This document shows, in pieces, positions 29,101-38,200 of a DNA stretch of 43,559 nt; position 1 is the stretch's first letter; each line of letters begins with the position of its first letter. Origin of the DNA: Babesia bigemina (lineage: Eukaryota). The stretch covers positions 1 through 43,559 of the forward strand of contig NW_012237264.1 of the NCBI RefSeq assembly GCF_000981445.1, read 5' to 3'. The position numbers and the translations under genes were made by a program. A model generated the notes under the pieces. It worked only from the letters and a program-made list of their open reading frames with translations. It searched no databases and had not been told where the DNA came from.

Positions 29101-31748
29101 CTCAAGCCTTGCCTCCACCTCCTGCTACGGACGACAACCTTACTCACCTCACCGACGTCAACTCCAAATTCAACGAATTACTCAACCACCTAAAAACTGA
29201 AGTTTCCTCACCCAGAACATATATATTTGACAATACTTTCACCAAAAAGCATGATCTACTCTCCACCTCCCTCCACCATCTCACCCCCTCCGCCTTCGCC
29301 AACCCCCGGCACCCGGAGCTGCTCGATGCGGTTAGACAGGGGCTGGAGGGGTTTGTCGAGCAGATGGAGCGGGTGTATGTGAACGGGTATGAGGGAGATC
29401 CATCTATTCATTTTGCTTGGGATGGCACGTTTACAAGTAAATTAAGCGATCATGGTAAGAATTGCTGTAAAGTATTTCTCACAGTGCTGGAGATACTGAG
29501 TCACGACTTGGAAGAGTTGATGACAAAGTCTTCAAAGCAGTGGATGAGAAAACAAATTAATACTTATCAAGATGATACTTTTGGCAGATGGTTCGAGAGG
29601 CAAGGTTACAAGGTTAACACCGTTAAGGGCAAGCAGCATGGTGAGTTGCAGGACAAGGAGACTATGATGGGCAGCAAAATTTGCGATGAGATTCTAAGCC
29701 AACGCATTAAGAATTTTACTAAAGATAGCTTGCAGACGCCGTGGATTAAAGAACTTCTCGATCTCAAAAAAGCTACTAAGGGAAATACTCATCCACCCAC
29801 TGTCCTAGACATTCTTCAATACCTCTCCTACCACCTCCACCATTACTATGAAGTCTGTCATTTGGGCACTTCAGGTTCTAAAAAACAACCATCTTCGATT
29901 TACGAAATGCTCATATGGTTCGCAGGCCTGCCTAATAATTCGGTCCATCGCGAATTAACGTTTAACTATTTCAGTACATTATTCGACGAGGCTGATGAAC
30001 AAGCGTCGGATGAGAATAAGAAAGCGGTTATCGCTGTCGTTAATGGAGATGCGGAGGCAGGTGTACAAACTGAACCTTCAATTTCCGTCGTCAGCGACGT
30101 GTCCTTGCCAGCATATCCGCACAACATCACACCTGGTAGCCTCACTGCTGCGCTTACGGACGTATGCGCACAATCGCATTCAGTTCTCACAGCAATCCAA
30201 GGCCACGGTCATGCTGGTGGCGTATATGCTGTAGACTTCAACACCAATGAATTTAAATTCTCGTATCCAAGTGATCCTGCCAAATGCTTCGACGTGCTTG
30301 TAGATATGTTGCATAGACTCTACGACCAACTCTATTTCTTATTCATCCAGTGCTCACGTACGTACAAGACAAACAGTTGGCGTGAGTGTTGGTATGGCAG
30401 ATACGTAGGGGGCTCGGATTGGCGGTGCAATGATAAACAATGTCCTAACCAAATGAATGGCCAAACGTGTAACCAAATTGCCAATCAAAAGGCCGACCAA
30501 ACATGTGACCAACACCCTAAGTGCGGTCTTAAATCACCGTTACAGTCATTTTTGGAGGATGGCCTACCGGGGTTCCTCCCTCACCAGTTTGGCAAACCAG
30601 GTTGTAAGTTGGAATGCACAGTGGCTAAACACAGAGGAATTCCATGTATGACACCTATGGGTTTCTCAGATATCAGCAATGTAGCGTCGCATACTAAGCA
30701 AGGTGAACACATTAAAGAAGTCCTCGATGAGCTCTGTGGTAATTCAGAAGCGCCGCTTACCAGAATATGTAGCCAGTTGCTTTGTCTTTTGCAACGCCCC
30801 CCTCAGACTCTCGGCGATATGTTTGCATTCTACTACAATTTCTTTGTCGATTGGAATCGCAATATCAAAGGTAGAGTAGATGTTAAGACGCATAAGAAAA
30901 GCGCATTCATCGATGCCGTTACAGGGGCCAACTTCGGCGTACCCTATCCCCAATTGGACATGCCAACGGTATTCTTTACGAGAACGCAGAACGATCTCCA
31001 TACCAAAGGAGACATGTTGTGTCTCTTCAGCTGCGACAGTACGTCGTCGTCGACGGCAACATGTGGCCGTTATTTGAAGCCATTCCGCCTCAACACGTGG
31101 ACTGTGTTCTCCCAAGAGCACGCCGACAAATACCTATCTTGGATTTTATACATTACCGAAACCTTATACCAATTGCTTGAGCAATTATACAAAGAATGCT
31201 GCAGCAATTGCGATAAACCAGGCACGAGATGCTCAGGTAAAGTCTGCTCTAAAACATGTAAAGTTAAATATACCGACGAAGGTAAAAGCAGAAAATCCGA
31301 CAAGCCATGCCACACTGTGCACTGCAAACCTATTTCTCACTGCCCGTTCACACGTCCCACTTTGTGTAAGTATGGCTTCGTCTTCAAAAGCCTATCGAAC
31401 ATGAGCGGAGAAAGCGGCGAAGAAACGATACGTACTTGCAAAGATCTATGTAACGCATTGCAGAAAGTTCTGAGCGATAAAATAGATGACGAGGCTCCAC
31501 TCGCCAAATTAGTACACGACGTAATCCCCAAATTCATATGGAACATCAGAAGCAAATTCTTCTGGCTCAACGTCGCCCTCTGGCTCCTCTCCCTTCTCTA
31601 CCTCCTCCACATCATGGTCATCCGCCTCGACCTGCTCCACATCAAATCGCATTTGCACTCACCCTCAAGTCATAGGATAGCCGCTCAATCACTACTCGCT
31701 GCTGCACGTGTTGGCAGCCTTGGCAAGATATCGTACCTGCAACCATAA
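26124..31748 (+). CDS. ves: VESA-like variant erythrocyte surface antigen, copy 4 (subtype A)
   Basis: 1874-aa ORF with the conserved N-block, CGLKSPLQSFLEDGLPGFLPH, TM FFWLNVALWLLSLLYLLHIMVI and tail …YLQP*. Alternative start at ATG 26403. Confidence 0.9.
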   Translation: MTSLDHNNNLCLVPLHFPSSTSCHCPDHVPLRELGKKFDEIQNLKITSNNNPTNILNNLCTGLETFLGFNPESKGYDGSGIVYSDLDRLCDGVMGFLSGVLGAVKNTQTYNVGRKTLQNLVSNEINKHLCSGHEGFKTLFDELPQRTAAYNSEVDQGNERVKRPIKKLINHVNDDTKWKKSLKQILEDEKVNDPDTIERLYREVNDRLAECKTFANTYNVAFNLEVDRQMRDAVNDLNDKLRNDVKNASKAVKHETKRLEQLAQKEWEDYKYMKKSVRVTMDTLKLKVNGEIKYQVDELVKRLKLKVQQIKTKLETIKTSLEEYILNLTKWKEAGAEAVKLAKKQCGVIVEKLNGGDTEKDAGTKGGVKYAAEQLREKAEELRGKAYAAKTQVEGLVLAAIGAVKDMDRTLKDELAAVKSQIKIKLDQYIKNKFIDQIRDALEGMTDKIARRNGQNAKPEGHLERIVTGVSEYARLFEQKFKAAIVELIGRLVESEGIRTYIYWYVSDVANKSTLRGTDENEKLDAVKRTIQEYMKHNIQYYVDTAAQSAGLRDAIEDLSQLVGSFRIFSRDIEKEIRVQLNANTVTSTLAGMVTTNDLPTTSNGFLNSAIEMIVSTVSTFSKHMCQEVKLLIETANIADLQRAMDKVKGLGQSLKGELKTIGSTNLSTQYDTKLIEILNGQLPEKSGTVDVVSSASLVAYRSHVNTAFGEPTGKLPSAINNIQKQGLASLAELVNEPGNDDTIGTQTFNKLRATVDSNLEKFTTGVKDLVKKENTGTDKDSVHAYLEDLGKMLEREDIVQLSADGLAREHTVKGIEKIIENFTTLKSNLETGPIAWANNFIVFYADVERQETIRLLAQYVDTEAQKTQTTLTTLARKQYVTSVKALLTAFAEKVSEELAPLPAEIDEDLTIGFKGLMRVMGGVSSDTGKPKSGAESLLEKIKKVAERFSVGSRGAITTKENFEELSKAFQAYFAPVYQYINDQISAQLRSNPQALPPPPATDDNLTHLTDVNSKFNELLNHLKTEVSSPRTYIFDNTFTKKHDLLSTSLHHLTPSAFANPRHPELLDAVRQGLEGFVEQMERVYVNGYEGDPSIHFAWDGTFTSKLSDHGKNCCKVFLTVLEILSHDLEELMTKSSKQWMRKQINTYQDDTFGRWFERQGYKVNTVKGKQHGELQDKETMMGSKICDEILSQRIKNFTKDSLQTPWIKELLDLKKATKGNTHPPTVLDILQYLSYHLHHYYEVCHLGTSGSKKQPSSIYEMLIWFAGLPNNSVHRELTFNYFSTLFDEADEQASDENKKAVIAVVNGDAEAGVQTEPSISVVSDVSLPAYPHNITPGSLTAALTDVCAQSHSVLTAIQGHGHAGGVYAVDFNTNEFKFSYPSDPAKCFDVLVDMLHRLYDQLYFLFIQCSRTYKTNSWRECWYGRYVGGSDWRCNDKQCPNQMNGQTCNQIANQKADQTCDQHPKCGLKSPLQSFLEDGLPGFLPHQFGKPGCKLECTVAKHRGIPCMTPMGFSDISNVASHTKQGEHIKEVLDELCGNSEAPLTRICSQLLCLLQRPPQTLGDMFAFYYNFFVDWNRNIKGRVDVKTHKKSAFIDAVTGANFGVPYPQLDMPTVFFTRTQNDLHTKGDMLCLFSCDSTSSSTATCGRYLKPFRLNTWTVFSQEHADKYLSWILYITETLYQLLEQLYKECCSNCDKPGTRCSGKVCSKTCKVKYTDEGKSRKSDKPCHTVHCKPISHCPFTRPTLCKYGFVFKSLSNMSGESGEETIRTCKDLCNALQKVLSDKIDDEAPLAKLVHDVIPKFIWNIRSKFFWLNVALWLLSLLYLLHIMVIRLDLLHIKSHLHSPSSHRIAAQSLLAAARVGSLGKISYLQP

Positions 31749-31872
31749 TCGTACTCACGTGTTTACTATCTACACTCACCTAGCATCACCTACTCACCTA
31801 ACTTATGAATTGTGCTTTAATCTGTTGCATCACTCACTAATCGTTGTATGTGATTGTGTAGTACTTAACTGA

Positions 31873-32161
31873 TGTGCTGACCAATGTGCTGACCAAGGTG
31901 CTGACCAAAGCGCTGACCAAAGCGCTGACCAAAGCGCTGACCAAAGCCATGACCAAAATGCTGACCAACCACCTGACCAATGCCATGACCAACGTGGTGA
32001 CCAACGTGCTGACCAATGTGCTGACCAAAGTGGTGACCAAGGTGGTGACCAATGTGGTGACCAACGTGCTGACCAATGCCATGACCAAGGTGCTGACCAA
32101 TGCCATGACCAAGGTGGTGACCAACGTGGTGACCAACGTGGTGACCAACGTGGTGACCAAG
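31873..32161 (+). repeat. 12-bp tandem array (about 24 copies)
   Basis: GTGCTGACCAA / GTGGTGACCAA units. Confidence 0.95.
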
Positions 32162-32165
32162 TTAA

Positions 32166-32370
32166 GGTCACGGCAGCGATGACATGGTTACGGCAGCGAT
32201 GACATGGTCACGGCAGCGATGACATGGTTACGGCAGCGATGACATGGTCACGGCAGCGATGGCATGGACACGGCAGCGATGACATGGACACGGCAGCGAT
32301 GACATGGTTACGGCAGCGATGACATGGTCACGGCAGCGATGACATGGTTACGGCAGCGATGACATGGTCA
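32166..32370 (+). repeat. 20-bp tandem array (about 10 copies)
   Basis: ATGGT(C/T)ACGGCAGCGATGAC. Confidence 0.95.
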
Positions 32371-32387
32371 CAAGTGGTGATTATCAT

Positions 32388-34966
32388 CCACTCTACATCG
32401 CTCCCTATCCCACTCCACATCGCTCCCTAATCCACTCTACATCGCCCCTTAACTTACTCTACATCGCTCCCTAACCCACTCTACATCGCTCCTTAACCCA
32501 CTCTACATCGCTCCCTAACCCACTCTACATCGCCCCTTTATCCACTCCACATCGCTCCTTAACCCACTCTTCACCGCCCCTTTATCCACTCTACATCGCT
32601 CCCTTATCCACTCTACATCGCCCCTTTATCCACTCTACATCGCTCCTTTATCCACTCCACATCGCCCCTTATCCACTCCACATCGCCCCTTTACCCACTC
32701 CACATCGCCCCTTTACCCACTCCACATCGCCCCTTAACCCACTCTACATCGCCCCTTAACCCACTCTACATCGCCCCTTTATCCACTCTACATCGCCCCT
32801 TAACCCACTCTACATCGCCCCTTTATCCACTCTACATCGCCCTTTACCCACTCTACATCGCCCCTTATCCACTCTACATCGCTCCCTAACCCACTCCACA
32901 TCGCTCCTCTATCCACTCTACATCGCCCCTTTACCCACTCCACATCGCTCCTTAACCCACTCTACATCGCCCCTTTATCCACCTTACATCGTCCCTTAAC
33001 CCACTCTACATCGCCCCTTTACCCACTCTACATCGCCCCTTTACCCACTCTACATCGCTCCCTAACCCACTCTACATCGCCCCTTATCCACTCTACATCG
33101 CTCCCTAATCCACTCCACATCGCTCCTTAACCCACTCTACATCGCTCCCTAATCCACTCTACATCGCTCCCTAACCCACTCTACATCGCCCCTTTATCCA
33201 CTCCACATCGCCCCTTTATCCACTCTACATCGCCCCTTTACCCACTCTTCATCGCTCCCTTATCCACTCCACATCGCTCCCTAACCCACTCTACATCGCC
33301 CCTTTATCCACTCTACATCGCTCCTTTATCCACTCTACATCGCTCCCTAACCCACTCTACATCGCTCCTTAACCCACTCTACATCGCTCCCTAACCCACT
33401 CTACATCGCCCCTTTATCCACTCCACATCGCTCCTTAACCCACTCTTCACCGCCCCTTTATCCACTCTACATCGCCCCTTTATCCACTCCACATCGCTCC
33501 CTAATCCACTCTACATCGCCCCTTTATCCACTCCACATCGCTCCTTTACCCACTCTACATCGCTCCTTTACCCACTCTACATCGCTCCCTAATCCACCCT
33601 ACATCGCCCCTTTATCCACTCTACATCGCTCCCTTATCCACTCTACATCGCCCCTTTACCCACTCCACATCGCCCCTTTACCCACTCTACATCGCTCCCT
33701 AACCCACTCTACATCGCCCCTTAACCCACTCTGCATCGCTCCCTTATCCACTCTACATCGCTCCCTAACCCACTCTACATCGCCCCTTTATCCACTTTAC
33801 ATCGCTCCTTAGCCCGCTCTACATCGCCCCTTTATCCACTCTACATCGCCCCTTTATCCACTCTACATCGCTCCCTAACCCACTCTACATCGCTCCCTAA
33901 CCCACTCTACATCGCCCCTTTATCCACTCTACATCGCCCCTTTACCCACTCTACATCGCTCCCTAATCCACTCTACATCGCCCCTTTACCCACTCTACAT
34001 CGCTCCCTAATCCACCCTTCATCGCTCCCTAATCCACTCTACATCGCCCCTTTATCCACTCTACATCGCTCCCTAACCCACTCTACATCGCCCCTTTGTC
34101 CACTCCACATCGCTCCCTAACCCACGCTACATCGCCCCTTAACCCACTCTACATCGCTCCTTATCCACTCTACATCGCTCCCTTATCCACTCTACATCGC
34201 CCCTTTACCCACTGTACATCGCTCCTTATCCACTCTACATCGCTCCCTTATCCACTCTACATCGCCCCTTTACCCACTGTACATCGCTCCTTAACCCACT
34301 CTACATCGCTCCTTTATCCACTCTACATCGCTCCTTTATCCACTCTACATCGCCCCTTAACCCACTCTACATCTCCCCTTTATCCACTCTACATCGCTCC
34401 TTTACCCACTCTACATCGTCCCTTATCCACTCTACATCGCTCCCTAACCCACTCTACATCGCTCCCTAACCCACTCTACATCGCTCCCTTATCCACTCTA
34501 CATCGCCCCTTTATCCACTCTACATCGCCCCTTAACCCACTCTACATCGCTCCTTTATCCACTCCACATCGCCCCTTTATCCACTCTACATCGCCCCTTT
34601 ACCCACTCTACATCGCCCCTTTACCCACTCCACATCGCCCCTTTAACCCACTCTACACCGCCCCTTTATCCACACTACATCGCTCTCTAACCCACTCTAC
34701 ATCGCTCCTTTATCCACTCTACATCGCTCCCTAACCCACTCCACATCGCCCCTTTATCCACCTTACATCGCTCCTTAACCTCCTCTAATCGCTCCTTAAC
34801 CCACTCTACATCGCCCCTTTATCCACTCTACATCGCTCCTTTATCCACTCTACATCGCTCCTTTATCCACTCTACATCGCTCCTTTATCCACTCTACATC
34901 GCCCCTTAACCCACTCTACATCACTCCCTAACCCACTCTCCATCGCCCCTTAACCCACTCTACATC
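32388..34966 (+). repeat. 22-bp C-rich minisatellite array (~2.6 kb)
   Basis: Directly upstream of ves copy 5. Confidence 0.97.
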
Positions 34967-35273
34967 CCTCGAATCATCTCGCCTTAATACTGCTATGACT
35001 ATCTTAAACCATCCTCATAACTTGTGCCTTGTCCCCCTTCCCTTCCCTTCTTCCACCTCTTGCCACTGCCCTGACCATGTGCCGCCTAGTGAGCTTGACA
35101 AGAAATTTGACAAAATTTAAAACCTCAAAAATACCTCAAATAATGACCCTAATAACATCCTTAATAACCTCTGCTCCGGCCTCGAAAAATTCCTCGGCTT
35201 CAACCCTGACTCCAAAGGCTACGATGGCCAGGGGATTGTGTACTCCGACCTTGACAGGCTGTGTGACGGGGTG

Positions 35274-38200
35274 ATGGGATTTTTGAGTGGTGTGCTTGAT
35301 GCGGTGAAAGATGATGATGCGGTTAGAACGTACGATAAAGATATCAGTGGAGATAAAATTGATACAGTTATTAACACCTTAAATAAAAAAATTGGCTCCG
35401 GGCGTCATGGGCTTGCGGCGTCTGTCGCCGCGGTGAAGGGGTGGTTGGAGGGGTATGAATTAGAATACCGCAAAAAAGCAAGCAACGTCACAGAGGTTCT
35501 AGGTGAGTTGAAAACCAAAATTGCAGGTAAATACACTCATGATGTTGCAGGTGCTGCGGGTGAGAAGCTGGAGACCCAGTTGACCAGGTGGACAGAGACA
35601 CTTGAGTCCATCGAGCTGGACGTTAATAACACTGAAAACCAATATGTTAATATGCTAGATAGTACATTAAAACGTGATGCGATGCGTGAAGTTAAGCCGA
35701 TTAACACATCGGTTAATATGTTGCTTGATGCTGCTCAGAATCCTGAGGTGACTGAACAGGTGAAGGTCGTCGACTGGATGCTGGATGAGCAAGAAAAACG
35801 CGTAAAGAATGAGATTCGGAAACATTCGAAGCAGTTGAGAGAAACCTCTGATGGTGAGTTCCGCAAAGTATTAGGGAAAATATTTGAATTGAAAAATAAT
35901 AAGCATGAGCAATTTGGACATGTCCGAAATGTAGTGGGGATGGCAAAGGAGGAGGCGCAGGGCTTGTTGGCAAGATTCGACGGAGAATATCGGAAGCAGA
36001 TTATTCGTCATTTTGACGCAATCAAAGGAGCGCTCGCTGACGTTAATATGAAAGAAAATCCAACTGGTAAAATGAATACATCTAAACTCAAAGAGGATGC
36101 TGAAAAAATAAAAACTTCGTTGGAAACCATATCCCTCAGGTTGGGAGGCCATGTTGGTGAGTTGGAAAATTGGATGTACAAGACTAAAAACCACATAAAT
36201 GAGTTCAAAGAACAGGAAGTTGAAAAAATCATTGAGCTAAACAAAGGGGGATTTGGGAGTTGGAAAGAAAATATAACGCAGGCCGCAAAAGAGGTTTATA
36301 CGGAGACGAATAGGTTCGATGAACAATTTCAGTTATTAAAGGCGAAATTGGAAGAAGAGGTTGAACATGTTAATGGAAGAGGCGGCGCGTTGTCACAGCT
36401 TACCGCGCTTGAGAATCATATGAACGGAGAGGTGCCTAGGGAGTTGGCCGGTTTTAAAACAAATGGGTGGACGTTGACTGAGCAGATCACTGAGCTTACG
36501 AGTAGAATAACAACAAACGTAAAAGAATACGTTAAAACACATTTAGGAAAACAGATAAAGGGTGAAGTAGAAAAAAAAACAAATAAAATCATAAAGCAAG
36601 ATGCGAGACAGGGCGGAGATAATGGCTTTCTTGGTGATATCGAAACAAAGATTTACGCGTATGCGAAGACCTTCCAACTGCAACAGTTTGGCAATAAGGT
36701 CGAGGAGTGGATTATAAACATATTACAGAAAGATCCGGTTAAAGAATGGCTTGCAGCGTATATATCGTCCAACGCGAATGGAAGGCTCGGAAACAAACAA
36801 ACACATGAGTTGCATACTCCGATTCTGAATGCAATAAAAATAGCTGTGGAGGCAGCTATTAGAACAGCCGGTGAAATGATCGAAGTTCAAGGCAAAGATC
36901 AAATTAGAGACAACATAGAAACTGTTAAAAAAGCCTGCAACCATTTTGCTACCCAACTTGAAGCGCATTTTACGAGTGCCAAAATTAATGGTTTTGTGAA
37001 GGATTTAGTTGACAAAGTGGAGAAAACGTTGACGGGTGCACACTCGAATACAGTTTACAGCGCACATCTCGTAATCGCCTTGCAAGCTACCCTTGCTTCA
37101 CTTGCCGCTAAAGCTAGGCAGGTTGCTTCTGAACTGGATTCGTTGGTAATCAGTAGTCAGCACAACATTGCACTGAATTTGCAAAGTGCGATACGAGACG
37201 TTAAAGCACTCGGTAACAGTATTGAGATGGAGATTGGAAAGACTGATAGTGTCCCCCACGGCTCTGCCGAGAATCTTGGTCACCAAATTCAAACTCAACT
37301 TGGCAATCAAGCGACAAATAGGGACTTTGACAACCAGCTCTGTGAGCTTTTGCAAGCTGCAATAAAAAATGGTGTCAAGAAGTTGCAGGAAGCACTTAAC
37401 GGTTCTGCTATCAGCAAACTCAAAAGTGTTGATAAAAGCGTTGAAGGCGTTGTTGAATCAGCCAAACAGGCCAAAGAAGGGGTTGCAGGTCGAGTGAAAG
37501 AAATTGAAACGAACCTCACCGAACTGATGAGCTGGATTACCGAAACCGGAAATATCGTTAAAAATGAATTACAAAAGCTGATTAACTATAAAATATATGG
37601 CTCGCTAACTGAAGTCAAAAACAAAATTGGAACACTGCGTACTACTGATTTGTACAACGTGATAGATACCGACATTAAAGCCGTCAATGCGATAATCGCC
37701 TCACTGGAATCGCTTCCCGGAGTTGTTGACACGATGAAAGGGGAGACGGAAGCGAAAATGGAAACTTTGCAAGAAAACGTAGATGTACTTCAAAAGCTAT
37801 TGGTAAACATCGAAGTTAATGTCAAACTTGCCGACGAACAGATCGAGAAGTCTATTGATGTCGTTCAACAATGTCTTCAAGATTCCTGTGAGAACGTCAC
37901 AACAGCTATCGAATTACTTGAAAACAACCTTATTGCCGTCGTTGCAGATGCATTTCAACGAGTGACGCAGGAAGTCCGGGCAATGTTCGCCAAAGAAAGA
38001 ACCGCCCACCTCTCCGCCCTCAAGACCCTCCTCTCCACCCAGCTCAAGATCATCACCTGCACCGTCAACAAAAACCTCAACACCGGCCTGAAAGGCTTCC
38101 TCAAGACGCTGAGCGGGGATTCTGTCGACGATTACGCGGCTGGTTATAAGGAGCGTCCGAAGCATCTCCCTCCTAAAACTCAGAAGCCCAATCTGCTCGA

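Noticed and set aside
31830..32182. LTNV/LVST/WSAH-repeat ORFs over the 12-bp arrays (also 5048, 14445, 22521, 22558, 42273)
   Set aside because: Open on both strands because of repeat composition, with no conserved start or stop between copies.
34096..34734. ORFs within the 22-bp arrays (34096, 15473, 25181, 42701, minus-strand 6051)
   Set aside because: The unit length is not a multiple of 3, so the frame cycles; these are low-complexity stop-free runs by chance.
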